In this document: positions 16,181-25,638 of the stretch, in pieces
Layout: each line of letters opens with the position of its first letter
How positions within the stretch are numbered: position 1 is the first letter of the stretch
Virus record (IMG/VR): IMGVR_UViG_3300033232_000045
Coordinates: 1 to 64,000 of that record
Strand: one strand, 5' to 3'
DNA: 64,000 nt
DNA from: a virus
Made by a program: the position numbers and the translations under genes
The notes under the pieces: model-generated
Told to the model about the DNA's origin: nothing
Seen by the model: the letters and a program-made list of their open reading frames with translations, nothing else
Databases searched by the model: none

Positions 16181-16921
16181 ATGAACCTCTATCTCCACGC
16201 GACAGACGTTAGCTTGTCCATTTCGCTGCAGGGTATCGCGGCGACCGCCGTCACCTATCGAGTGCTCGACGCTGCCGGCGTCGAACTGCTCGCGGAATCC
16301 GCGACGGGCTTCGTGGCGGGAGATACCGAGGTTGCGATCGCCGTGCCGGTCGCGCTCAACACGCTGCCGGCAGGCACCTACACTGACCTTCGCAAGGTTG
16401 AGCTCAAAGTTGTCGCTGCAGACGGCACACGCACCATTTCCGAGCTCTACGCCATCGAGACGCCAGACGTTTTGGTCGAGGGCGTGAACTCATACCAGAA
16501 TTACGAGACGGCAGAGCTGGGCGCCATGTTCACCCAGCCTCTCGAAGCATGGGGCATGAACGACAAGTTCGCCCGCATCTCCGCAATGATCGAGGCGCGT
16601 GACCGGATTGGGCGCCTGTCGTTCGTCGAGGTTGAAGCGTATGACGCATTTTCGATCAACGAACTGACCCCCGCCCAATTTCAGTCGCTCAGCGCCGCGC
16701 TGCGCACCGCACTACGCAAGGCGCAGATCGTCGAGGCGGACTTCGTTCTGGGCGGCAGCGCAATCGACCACAAGCGCGATCAGGGCCTGATGAGCGAGAC
16801 GATCGGCGAGTCCAGCAATATGTTCCGCCCTGGCAAGCCGCTTGAGCTGCCGGTGTCGAAGCGCACCGCCCGCATGCTCATGGGCCATATCACCTACGCC
16901 TTGAAGATCGGTCGCGCATGA
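16181..16921 (+). CDS. hypothetical virion protein (connector region), 246 aa
   Basis: Track ORF in head-tail joining region; overlaps the next gene (ATGA). Confidence 0.55.
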   Translation: MNLYLHATDVSLSISLQGIAATAVTYRVLDAAGVELLAESATGFVAGDTEVAIAVPVALNTLPAGTYTDLRKVELKVVAADGTRTISELYAIETPDVLVEGVNSYQNYETAELGAMFTQPLEAWGMNDKFARISAMIEARDRIGRLSFVEVEAYDAFSINELTPAQFQSLSAALRTALRKAQIVEADFVLGGSAIDHKRDQGLMSETIGESSNMFRPGKPLELPVSKRTARMLMGHITYALKIGRA

Positions 16922-17661
16922 TGATCACCGACCAGATCGACCGCACGGCAGACCGCTACGCCGCAGGCTACGGTCAGTTCTTGCGGGCGCTGACGGGCGT
17001 CATGTCGAAAGCCATGACCAGTCCGGACGCACTTGAGTCAAAAACCTACTCGACGCTGACAGTGGAGAGCTTCGAGGTGTCGGCGGAATTCATGGCGAGT
17101 CACCAGCTTACCCTCGACGGCGAGTCGGCGATGCTCGACGCGATCAATGGCGGGGGCGGGCTCGAAGAGGACGATGAGCGCACCCTGCGCGATCACTGCT
17201 GGATGCAATTGGCGGCAGCACAGGAGTCGCTAAACAGCGCGGTCACGCGGGACAGAACGGAGGCACGCACGGTATTCCGTCGATTCGCCTTTGACGCATC
17301 GCTGCGCGCCGCAACCCACGGGACGGTCGGGGGTCTGATCGGCGCAAGACTCAAGCACATGCCGATCAAGGCTTCATTCGTCAAGACTGACCGTATTGGA
17401 CGCGGCTGGGCTGCCGGCTTGCACGTTCGTACGCTGGTCCGCGCTGCGCTGCTCGGTGCCTATGTTGACGCCTACCTATTCACCCTGATGGCGAACGGGA
17501 CCTATAAGGCTCGCGTGGCGTACTCGGATGTGACGCATCAGGACCACGGGCTCGTCTTTTCGATTGACGGCAGTGACCCGTTCGTTCCTGCATTTGAGGA
17601 TATTCGGGCGCAAATCTTTCACCCCAATTCAACTGCCAGACTTGAGTCTGTCACGGAGTAG
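16918..17661 (+). CDS. hypothetical virion protein, 247 aa
   Basis: Track ORF, co-directional and coupled. Confidence 0.55.
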   Translation: MMITDQIDRTADRYAAGYGQFLRALTGVMSKAMTSPDALESKTYSTLTVESFEVSAEFMASHQLTLDGESAMLDAINGGGGLEEDDERTLRDHCWMQLAAAQESLNSAVTRDRTEARTVFRRFAFDASLRAATHGTVGGLIGARLKHMPIKASFVKTDRIGRGWAAGLHVRTLVRAALLGAYVDAYLFTLMANGTYKARVAYSDVTHQDHGLVFSIDGSDPFVPAFEDIRAQIFHPNSTARLESVTE

Positions 17662-17663
17662 TC

Positions 17664-18008
17664 ATGTTCCAGCCAAACGTACTTTGCGCCCTCACTCAAG
17701 CAACAGACCGGACGGACCTCTATGGAAACCCCATCATGGGGCGGGTGCGGCCCGCGAAATGCGGCATCGTGAAGCTACGCGTGGGCGACCAGAACGCTAC
17801 CGTACGCGCCGACAGCTCCGCTTCGCGTGGTGCAGCACAGGAGATTGTGGCGGACGCAGTGTTGCTGTTTCCGCATATCTACGGGGTCAAGGTCGATGAC
17901 GTAATCAACATCATTGGGTACACGCTCAAAGTGACGCAGGTATTCCCTCGCCACAACGTCAATGGGCAGATCGATCACTGTCAGGTTGAGGCGATGATAT
18001 GGGGATGA
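17664..18008 (+). CDS. head-tail joining / head-closure protein (putative)
   Basis: 114 aa ORF at the canonical position; assignment by synteny only. Confidence 0.45.
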   Translation: MFQPNVLCALTQATDRTDLYGNPIMGRVRPAKCGIVKLRVGDQNATVRADSSASRGAAQEIVADAVLLFPHIYGVKVDDVINIIGYTLKVTQVFPRHNVNGQIDHCQVEAMIWG

Positions 18009-18454
18009 AAATCTCCTTCGACGCCAGGGCAATCGTAGCCAAGCTGACGCAGATCGGTGAGCACGCCGAAAAGAGAGGGGCGGAAGCCCTGCGCAAGGGC
18101 GCGCACGAGATTCGGAACCGCGCACGCGCCTACGCCCCGCTGGAGCATGGCGGTCTTGAGCATGCGATTCAGGTGTATTCGGATCGCAGCGGCATCAACC
18201 GCCGGCGGGTCTACTACGTCTACATTGATCCTGACATGCCCGAGCTCGACGCTGGTGGAAAACCTACGAGTCGCAAGGTGGGCCGCTACATGATGATGAT
18301 GCACGAGGGCAGCTACAACCTCGGCAAGCGCTCGCTTGCGAAGGAGGCTTCGAGCGGAGTTTCCGTTGGGCCGAAATTCCTTGAGCGTGCTGCGGATGAG
18401 GTGATCGATAAGCTCAACCAGGCGGTCGCACAACATATAAGGGGTATTTTCTGA
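17999..18454 (+). CDS. HK97 gp10-like head-tail connector protein (putative)
   Basis: 151 aa; the N-terminal pattern ...AEALRKGAHEIRNRARAYAP...GGLE.AI resembles the gp10 family; synteny. Confidence 0.5.
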   Translation: MGMKISFDARAIVAKLTQIGEHAEKRGAEALRKGAHEIRNRARAYAPLEHGGLEHAIQVYSDRSGINRRRVYYVYIDPDMPELDAGGKPTSRKVGRYMMMMHEGSYNLGKRSLAKEASSGVSVGPKFLERAADEVIDKLNQAVAQHIRGIF

Positions 18455-18843
18455 TGTTCCTGAAGGCAATTGCGGAATACGCACAATCAGTGGGCGCCGG
18501 CACGATCGGACAAGACCTGTTCGCCTACAACATGCCGGAAACCCCCAATATCGGGATTCTGCTGCGCCAGCCACTTGTCGGCGCAGAGATTGATTACGAG
18601 CTGCCAGGCTACCGAAAGTCGAAATTTCAGGTCGTTGTTCGCTGCAAGGCGACCCAGATTGAGCAGGGCAGGGCGACGATTGACGACTTTGTGGCAAAAA
18701 TCACGTTGATGCAAGAAACCGCGCTTACGGGCTACACGATTAAGTTCATGCGCCCGCGTCACGACCCGATCGTGTATCCGATCAGCGAGGGCGCGAACCT
18801 GGAATTCAGCGTGAATTTTGACGTGGTTTATGTTATAGTCTAA
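18454..18843 (+). CDS. tail completion / terminator protein (putative)
   Basis: 129 aa ORF immediately upstream of the tail tube gene. Confidence 0.45.
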   Translation: MFLKAIAEYAQSVGAGTIGQDLFAYNMPETPNIGILLRQPLVGAEIDYELPGYRKSKFQVVVRCKATQIEQGRATIDDFVAKITLMQETALTGYTIKFMRPRHDPIVYPISEGANLEFSVNFDVVYVIV

Positions 18844-18858
18844 GTCACCCGTGACTTA
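18841..18858 (+). promoter_or_regulatory. TAAGTCA-N4-TGACTTA motif copy (perfect palindrome)
   Basis: TAAGTCACCCGTGACTTA; its TAA is the stop codon of gene 18454-18843. Confidence 0.7.
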
Positions 18859-18881
18859 TCTCTTGAATAGGAGCTTTTGAA

Positions 18882-19406
18882 ATGTCTGATACCCAAAACG
18901 TCAAACTTGGCGTCTGTAAGGTTACTTTTAACGGCGTCGACCTCGGTTACACCAAAGGCGGCGTCGAAGTGAGCGTAAGCACTGAAACTCACAAGGTCGA
19001 AATCGACCAGTTTGGCAAAACCGTCATCAACGAGCTGATCATGTCGCGCAACGTCCAGGTCAAAGTTCCGCTGGCGGAAACCACCCTGGAAAACCTCGTC
19101 GCGACCATGCCTGGCGCTACGCTCGTGACTGACGCGATCGACCCGACCTCGAAGCGCGTCGATGTGTCCACCGCCATCGGCACGAACCTGCTCGCGCTGG
19201 CGCAAACCCTGGTGCTGCATCCGATCGCGCTGGCAGATTCCGACAAGTCCGAGGACTTTACCGTTCATAAGGCGGCGACCGCAGGCGCACTTCAGTTCGC
19301 CTACAAACTGGAAGAAGAGCGCGTGTTCAACGTGGAGTTCAATGGCTACCCTGATGTGGCGAACGGAAGCAAACTGTTCTCCTACGGCGACCCCGACGCT
19401 GTGTGA
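18882..19406 (+). CDS. major tail tube protein
   Basis: 174 aa ORF with AGGAG RBS, directly upstream of the G/GT chaperone pair and tape measure. Confidence 0.7.
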   Translation: MSDTQNVKLGVCKVTFNGVDLGYTKGGVEVSVSTETHKVEIDQFGKTVINELIMSRNVQVKVPLAETTLENLVATMPGATLVTDAIDPTSKRVDVSTAIGTNLLALAQTLVLHPIALADSDKSEDFTVHKAATAGALQFAYKLEEERVFNVEFNGYPDVANGSKLFSYGDPDAV

Positions 19407-19429
19407 TTGAATAGCTCACCTTTTACTTA

Positions 19430-19463
19430 ACAACTGACTAAGTCCCGCCATCATGGCGGGACT
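19430..19463 (+). promoter_or_regulatory. conserved 12-mer ACAACTGACTAA plus GC hairpin (second copy)
   Basis: The 12-mer is identical to 781-792; hairpin AGTCCCGCC-atcat-GGCGGGACT has no U-tract. Confidence 0.55.
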
Positions 19464-19484
19464 GCTCACAGCAAGGAGTCAAGC

Positions 19485-19802
19485 ATGGCAAAAGTTTTAA
19501 ACCTGGATTCTCTGAGCGAAGAGACCCGCTCCATCACCCTTAACGGCGTGACCCATGAGGTCGTCGGCATGAGCGTCGACTCGTACATTAAGGTCCAGAA
19601 GGTTCTGGAGAACCTGAAAGAGGAAGATGACCTCCCCACCAAGATGAAGGCGAGCGTCGAAATGATTTCCGCCGCAGTGCCAACCCTCAAAGAGGACGTG
19701 CTGCGAGCAATGTCGATGGAAAAGCTGAACATGATCATCGAGTTCGTGAACGGCCCCACGCCCGAAGTTGAAGGCGAGGGAGAAGTAGAAAAAAAAGCGT
19801 AA
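19485..19802 (+). CDS. tail assembly chaperone (gpG-like)
   Basis: 105 aa ORF between tail tube and tape measure; ends just after an A8 slippery run. Confidence 0.75.
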   Translation: MAKVLNLDSLSEETRSITLNGVTHEVVGMSVDSYIKVQKVLENLKEEDDLPTKMKASVEMISAAVPTLKEDVLRAMSMEKLNMIIEFVNGPTPEVEGEGEVEKKA

Positions 19803-20125
19803 ACGGCGAACTGGAATCCATTGATTTTGGATTCCTCTTCTGTCGTGTCTCTCACTACTACTCGATGTCCTACTCGGAAGTCATGCGGCTTCCGATTAGG
19901 GCATTTTGGCTAATGAGCGGTTCAATCAACCGTCTGCTTGCCGAAAAAGACCTGCGCTCAATGTCGGTCGCCACCTCCACCCAGAGCGGCGAAAGCATTG
20001 CGAAAGCGCACGCCGATCTGGTGCTCGAACTTGGCGATGTCATCGTAGGAACGCCGGCGAATCCGATGGATGCGAGACGCGACGAAGATGCCGGAATCAA
20101 GCTGAGAGCTTTGTCGATGCTGTAA
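19485..20125 (+). CDS. tail assembly chaperone fusion (gpGT-like) made by a -1 frameshift at 19790-19796
   Basis: The -1 frame is open from the slippery site through ORF 19865-20125, which has no RBS of its own. Confidence 0.65.
19790..19796 (+). other. programmed -1 ribosomal frameshift slippery heptamer A_AAA_AAA
   Basis: gaa aaa aaa gcg taa in the zero frame; I verified codon by codon that the -1 frame has no stop up to 19865. Confidence 0.65.
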
Positions 20126-20137
20126 AAGGACTCCCGA

Positions 20138-23100
20138 ATGTCGCTGCGCGCCGGTACGATTCACATTGAGCTTGACCTGGACAATGGAAAGTTCAGACAG
20201 CGTGTCGTTGATACGACCGGCGCATTGCGCAGACTTGAGCGCGATCTTGGCACGACCGCGAAGGGCGTCAAGAATGTCGAGCACCACTTCGCCAGTTTGG
20301 GTTCGCGCTTCCGCAGGCTCGCAATCACAGTCGCATCGCTGAAGTATACCTTCGGCGACTTCAAGAATATTATCGCTGCGCCGGTCGGCGCCATCACAAA
20401 AGCGTCCGGCGAGATTGAGCGCATGACGATGCTCATGTCCGGACTCTCGAAAGAGACGGATGAGCTCAAGCGCAAGCAGGAGGGACTTGCTGGAACCAAG
20501 TTCATATTCGACCTTGCAAAGACTTCGCCGTTCGAAGTTAATGCCCTGTCTGACTCCTTCGTCAAATTCAAAGCTGCCGGTCTCGACCCGACCAACGGCT
20601 CGCTGAAGACGCTCGTTGACTCGGTGGCGCGCTTTGGCGGCTCCTCCGAACACCTGAAGCGCGCCTCCGTCGCCATTCAGCAGATGGGGGGCAAAGGCGT
20701 CGTATCGATGGAAGAGCTGCGCCAACAGCTCGGAGAAGCCGTCCCCTCAGCGATCAGGGCGATGGCGACGGGCACCGGCATGGCGATGGGCGATCTGGTC
20801 AAGCAAATCTCCAGAGGCTCGGTCGAGGCGACCGCAGCGCTTGAGCGCATGTTCGCCGTTCTGAAGTTCGAGAATGACGGCGCAGCCCTCAAGATGATGG
20901 AAACCTGGGTTGGTCAGGTCGAAAAGCTGAAGACCAACTGGACGCTGTTTTTGAACGAGGTGGGACAGAGTGGGGGCTTCTTCAGTGGTCTCACGGGGCA
21001 CCTCGAAAAGCTCAACGCGTTCCTGGAGAGCGACGTAGGGCGACAGTGGGCCTACGAAATCGGGAGGGGCATGAAAACCGCGCTGGACGCTGTGGTTGCG
21101 TTCGGCCAGATGGCGGTAAAGTATTGGGACTTGATAAAAGGCGCAACGGAAGCATTGATCGCCCTGTGGGCCGGCGGCAAGCTGATCGCCGGAATCAGCG
21201 CGGCAAAGAAAATCTACGGAACGTTCGTCACCACGTATCTCGCAGGCGCAAAAGCAATGTACGCCGAGGGGAAGAAAGGCGCAGCGGAATCAGTAGCAAC
21301 AACCATTGCCGGCAAGCGCGCTGAAATCCTGGCGCACGCAAAGGCGAACGCCCAGAAAATTGCCGATGACTCCCGCGCCGCAGCGGTTCAACTTAACGCG
21401 AACCGTGCGAAGTACGCGGCGCTATCGGCAGAGGCGGCGGCGTACAGGGCGAAAGAATTGGCAGCAGCGAAGACGGAGGTCGTTGCTGTAGCAAAGTACG
21501 GAGAATATGCCGGCAAAATTCATGCGCAGCGTCAGCGCGAGATGAGAATTGCCTATGGTGAGCGCGCGATGGCGGCTGAGAGGGCCGCAGCGCGAATCAA
21601 GGCGGCAGAGGCAGGCGTTCTAACCACATTGCACACTCACACCGCAAGGCTGCGCCAAAACACCCAAGTCGCCACCGCGCAACTTGGACTACTTGCACGA
21701 ACCGGGGTATCAGCCGGGTCGAAACTTGCCGGGGCAATGAACCTGGCTCGCGGCGCAGTTGGGTTGCTTGGTGGTCCGATTGGCATCATCACCACCCTGC
21801 TGTCTTTTGGCGCGACCGCATGGCTCATGTGGGGCAACAAGGCGGACGAGGCGACCGGGAAGGCAAAGGAGGGTCTCCAGGCGGTCAAGGATGGCTACGC
21901 CACGCTTGAGCATGCGCAGGCGATGGCGAAGCGCATTCTCGCTGTCGAAACGGAAATCGCCGAGAAGAAGAAGCTGATTTCCGAGGCGGGCAACAACTTC
22001 AACATGACGAACACCGTCACTGCGGCGGAGGCGAAGCTCGCCGAGCTGAAAAAGGAGCTTGCCGACCTTCGCAAGAACACCGGGGAGGCGTTCAAGCAGG
22101 GTACAGAGGCGTCCCTCGACAGGTCTGTCCAAAACATGCTGAGAAGGACTGACGCTGTCCTTGCCGAGTACAAGCGCTCCGTCGACAAGACATACCACGC
22201 AGAACTGGAAGCGCTCGAAGCGAAACACAAGGCGCAAAACACCAGCGAAGACAAGGCGGCGCAGGAGCGTTCCGCCTTGATGCGGGAGCACTCCAAAGCC
22301 TACCACGAGAAAGAGCTAGAGCAGCTCGTCGGGCAGCGCGAGTACCTTGAAAAGGCGATGAAAGACGCGGCGCCGGCAGCCGGTAGCGACAACTTCAAGG
22401 CGTTCGAGCGTCAACTTGACGCGCTTGACGCGCGCATTGCGCAGTCGAGGGAGAGCGCAAGACAGGCGAGCACGATTGGCACCCAAACCAAGCTGATCAG
22501 TATGTCCGGCGGAGAGGGTAAAGATGGTGTGGCGGGCCATCGCCCTATCCTTGGATTCATCGAGTCGATGACCGAGAAGATTGCCGGACTCAACGCCGAG
22601 CTAAACAAGAAAGGCGACGGCGATGCCGCCAAGCTCCTTGAAAGTCTGAAAGGCGACAAGTACACCTCGGGCAAGAATAAGGCGACCTCGGCAGAGCTTG
22701 AAGAGGCGGAGAGGAAGATTTTCGAGTACAAGGCGCTGAAGGATTCGCTCGTCGTCAATAAGGATGCCGACCGCATGCTGGAGCGCTCCAGCGAGCTACT
22801 TGACGCAATCAGCGTCAAGTCTGAGGGCGGCTCGGGCGCAATTGCCAATATGCGCACCGAGATTGAAAAGCTTCTCGAAACGACAAACGACGTTGACGCG
22901 GTGAATAAATTTATCGGCGCACTGAAGCGGCTCGACGAGTACGACAAGCTGCTGGCTCAGGATAATGCCGACAAGGGCCACAAGATCGCCCTCGACTACA
23001 AGGAGAAGGCTGCTGCCATCTACCGTTCGCTGTCAAATGACAAGCGGGCAATCATGATGGAAGAGGTCCAGCTTGAGTTCGAGAAGGCACAGGCAGAAAT

Positions 23101-23833
23101 CAGGCTCAGAAAGCTCGGCCCAGAGGCAGAAATGGAGGCGCTGAACGCGCTTCTTGACTGGAAGAAGGCGCGCCTTGAACAGGCGAACCGTGATCTGGAA
23201 ACGCCCATGCAGAAGATGCTGCGCGACTGGGAAGACGTGACTGGCGCAATGGAAAAGGCGACCGCGAACTGGCTCGACCGGGGCATCGACGGGCTTGCCG
23301 AATTCGCCAAGACGGGCAAGCTCAACTTCCGCGAGTTCACCGTCAGCATTCTCGAAGACCTACTGAAGATTCAGCTTCGCGCAATGGCAGTCAAGATGCT
23401 CGGCGGAACGGGTGGGGGCGGCGCGACCGGCGCGACCGGCGGCATCGGCGGCGCAATCGGCGGTTTTATCACCAGCCTGTTTGCGAATGGCGGAATCATG
23501 ACAAGCGCAGGCTCGATGCCGCTCAAAATGTACTCAAACGGGGGCATCGCTAACTCTCCGCAGCTTGCCGTATTCGGGGAGGGGCGAAAGCCCGAAGCGT
23601 ACGTTCCGCTGCCTGACGGGCGCACGATCCCTGTGACCATGAGCGGCGGCGGCGGCAGCAATGTCATCATCAACATCGCGATCGACAACGGGGGCGGTGA
23701 GAAGTCCGACGCTGGCGGCGACGGGGGCGAAGCGCGCGCATTCTGGAAGGGCGTCGGCGACAAGGTCAAGAGCGTCGTGCGGCAGGAATTGGTTGAGCAA
23801 CAACGCCCTGGCGGTGTACTATATCGCCGATAG
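20138..23833 (+). CDS. tape measure protein
   Basis: 1231 aa, long Ala/Lys/Glu-rich helical regions, Gly-rich C-terminal part, position after G/GT. Confidence 0.9.
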   Translation: MSLRAGTIHIELDLDNGKFRQRVVDTTGALRRLERDLGTTAKGVKNVEHHFASLGSRFRRLAITVASLKYTFGDFKNIIAAPVGAITKASGEIERMTMLMSGLSKETDELKRKQEGLAGTKFIFDLAKTSPFEVNALSDSFVKFKAAGLDPTNGSLKTLVDSVARFGGSSEHLKRASVAIQQMGGKGVVSMEELRQQLGEAVPSAIRAMATGTGMAMGDLVKQISRGSVEATAALERMFAVLKFENDGAALKMMETWVGQVEKLKTNWTLFLNEVGQSGGFFSGLTGHLEKLNAFLESDVGRQWAYEIGRGMKTALDAVVAFGQMAVKYWDLIKGATEALIALWAGGKLIAGISAAKKIYGTFVTTYLAGAKAMYAEGKKGAAESVATTIAGKRAEILAHAKANAQKIADDSRAAAVQLNANRAKYAALSAEAAAYRAKELAAAKTEVVAVAKYGEYAGKIHAQRQREMRIAYGERAMAAERAAARIKAAEAGVLTTLHTHTARLRQNTQVATAQLGLLARTGVSAGSKLAGAMNLARGAVGLLGGPIGIITTLLSFGATAWLMWGNKADEATGKAKEGLQAVKDGYATLEHAQAMAKRILAVETEIAEKKKLISEAGNNFNMTNTVTAAEAKLAELKKELADLRKNTGEAFKQGTEASLDRSVQNMLRRTDAVLAEYKRSVDKTYHAELEALEAKHKAQNTSEDKAAQERSALMREHSKAYHEKELEQLVGQREYLEKAMKDAAPAAGSDNFKAFERQLDALDARIAQSRESARQASTIGTQTKLISMSGGEGKDGVAGHRPILGFIESMTEKIAGLNAELNKKGDGDAAKLLESLKGDKYTSGKNKATSAELEEAERKIFEYKALKDSLVVNKDADRMLERSSELLDAISVKSEGGSGAIANMRTEIEKLLETTNDVDAVNKFIGALKRLDEYDKLLAQDNADKGHKIALDYKEKAAAIYRSLSNDKRAIMMEEVQLEFEKAQAEIRLRKLGPEAEMEALNALLDWKKARLEQANRDLETPMQKMLRDWEDVTGAMEKATANWLDRGIDGLAEFAKTGKLNFREFTVSILEDLLKIQLRAMAVKMLGGTGGGGATGATGGIGGAIGGFITSLFANGGIMTSAGSMPLKMYSNGGIANSPQLAVFGEGRKPEAYVPLPDGRTIPVTMSGGGGSNVIINIAIDNGGGEKSDAGGDGGEARAFWKGVGDKVKSVVRQELVEQQRPGGVLYRR

Positions 23834-23834
23834 A

Positions 23835-23852
23835 TAAGTCACAGGTGACGTA
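23835..23852 (+). promoter_or_regulatory. TAAGTCA-N4-TGAYTTA motif copy abutting the gpM start codon
   Basis: TAAGTCACAGGTGACGTA followed directly by ATG at 23853. Confidence 0.65.
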
Positions 23853-24191
23853 ATGGCACATCAGGAATTCACTTGGTATCCGGACTCCGGTTCATCGATG
23901 TCGATCGAGCCCCTCGTCGAGCAGACGAAGTTTGGCGACGGCTACGAGCTGCGCATCCCAAAGGGCATCAATTACATGCCCGAGTCGTGGGATTTGCGCT
24001 TCACCGGGGTCGAAGTCGAGTCAGGGGCGATTCTTGCGTTTCTGAAGGCGCACGGCGGAGCCCAGGCATTTGAGTGGGTGAACCCAAACGGCGACCTTGG
24101 CGTGTATGTTTGTCGCGAGTGGAAAGCTGTCAGACTGAAGGGCGGGGCGATGGAAATCTCCTGCAAATTCGAGCAAGTCTTCGAGGCGTAA
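23853..24191 (+). CDS. minor tail protein, lambda gpM-like
   Basis: 112 aa; FGDGYE...FL..HGG...F.W pattern; position after tape measure. Confidence 0.75.
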   Translation: MAHQEFTWYPDSGSSMSIEPLVEQTKFGDGYELRIPKGINYMPESWDLRFTGVEVESGAILAFLKAHGGAQAFEWVNPNGDLGVYVCREWKAVRLKGGAMEISCKFEQVFEA

Positions 24192-24193
24192 GA

Positions 24194-24211
24194 TAAGTCA
24201 CCCATGACTAT
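24194..24211 (+). promoter_or_regulatory. TAAGTCA-N4-TGAYTTA motif copy containing the gpL start codon
   Basis: TAAGTCACCCATGACTAT; the ATG at 24204 lies inside the motif. Confidence 0.65.
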
Positions 24212-24896
24212 TCAAGCTGAAATCCAGTCGCTTTCCCCGTCCGCAGTGGTTGAGCTGTTCACGCTCGACTCCACAAACCTGCCTGGTGGCACGCTGCTGC
24301 ACTTCCATGCTGGCACGAACGAGCTGCGCCAGCCCGTCATCTGGCAGGGCGTCGAATACTCGCCCCTGCCGATCGAGGCGGAGGGCTTTGACATTAGCAC
24401 ACAGGGTACGCTGCCGCGCCCGAAGATAAGGATTGCGAACATTGACGGACTCATGTCTGCCGCTGCACGCGAGTCAGACGACCTGATCGGTACGAAAGTG
24501 GTCCGCAAGCGAACCTTTGTCAAATACCTGGACGGGGCGAACTTCACCGGTGGCACCAATCCGGCGGCGAACCCCGACATGCACTTTCCCGACGATATCT
24601 GGTATGTCGACCAGAAGACGGCCGAGAACCGCTATGTCATTGAGTGGGAGCTGGCATCGGCGTTTGATCTTCAGGGGGTCACGTTGCCTGGGCGCCAGGT
24701 TGTCCAGAACTCATGCTGGTGGAGATATCGCGGGCCGGAATGCAACTACACGGGCGGCTACTTCGACAAGAACGACAGACAGACATCCGACCCCGCAAGT
24801 GACTTCTGCGCGAAGCGTCTCGCATCGTGTCGCGCCCGTCACGTCAATGTAATCGTGCCATTTGGTGGCTATCCCGGGTCGGTGCGCAATGGCTGA
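24204..24896 (+). CDS. minor tail protein, lambda gpL-like
   Basis: 230 aa; C-terminal Cys cluster C.WRYRG.EC.Y....C..RL..C typical of gpL. Confidence 0.8.
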   Translation: MTIQAEIQSLSPSAVVELFTLDSTNLPGGTLLHFHAGTNELRQPVIWQGVEYSPLPIEAEGFDISTQGTLPRPKIRIANIDGLMSAAARESDDLIGTKVVRKRTFVKYLDGANFTGGTNPAANPDMHFPDDIWYVDQKTAENRYVIEWELASAFDLQGVTLPGRQVVQNSCWWRYRGPECNYTGGYFDKNDRQTSDPASDFCAKRLASCRARHVNVIVPFGGYPGSVRNG

Positions 24897-25638
24897 GGTT
24901 GATTTTGGCGATCTGCTCGCGACCATGCGCAGCGCTGGTGAGCGCGCCTATCCGAACGAGGCGTGCGGGCTGGTTATCGCTGTCGGGAAAAAGTCGACTG
25001 CTGTCGAGTGCGCGAACATTTCGACCGAGCCGCGCTACAGATTCATGATCGACCCGAAGGATTACGCGAGGGCTGCCGACATGGGCGAGGTTATCGGTGT
25101 CTGGCACACGCACCCCGACCTGCCCCCGACTCCATCGCCAGCAGACAGGGTGGGATGCGAAAACTCAGGCGTGACGTGGTTCATCCTCGGGATTCACAAG
25201 GAGGGCGACAGGTTTGCCCATGCCGGTCCAAGCGTCACTGAGCCGACCGGTTTTGAAATGCCCTACGAGGGGCGTCCTTACGTCATGGGCGTGCTCGACT
25301 GCTACACAATTCTGCAGGACTTCTACAAGCGCGAATATGGGCTTGGGGTAACAGATTTCCCGCGCATCGAAGAAGACGGGCGCATGGGTTTTACCCGTTT
25401 CGTCGAGCGCTACGCGGACGAAGGCTTTGTCAGACTGATCGACAAAGGGCCCCAGCGCGGCGACGTGTTTCTGATCCAGTCCGGTCAGTGCGACGGCCCG
25501 AACCACATTGCCGTCTATCTGGGCGACGACATGATTCTTCACCACTGCCAAGACAGACTCTCCCGCAGGGATATCTATGGGGGCGGCTACTGGCATCGCC
25601 ACACAACCTACCACTTGAGGCACAAGACGCAATGTTGA
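24889..25638 (+). CDS. tail tip assembly protein, lambda gpK-like (JAB/MPN plus NlpC/P60)
   Basis: E.CG and HTHPDLPPTPSPAD JAMM motif; LDCYTIL and downstream His residues of NlpC/P60; start set at the ATG overlapping the gpL stop. Confidence 0.85.
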   Translation: MAEVDFGDLLATMRSAGERAYPNEACGLVIAVGKKSTAVECANISTEPRYRFMIDPKDYARAADMGEVIGVWHTHPDLPPTPSPADRVGCENSGVTWFILGIHKEGDRFAHAGPSVTEPTGFEMPYEGRPYVMGVLDCYTILQDFYKREYGLGVTDFPRIEEDGRMGFTRFVERYADEGFVRLIDKGPQRGDVFLIQSGQCDGPNHIAVYLGDDMILHHCQDRLSRRDIYGGGYWHRHTTYHLRHKTQC

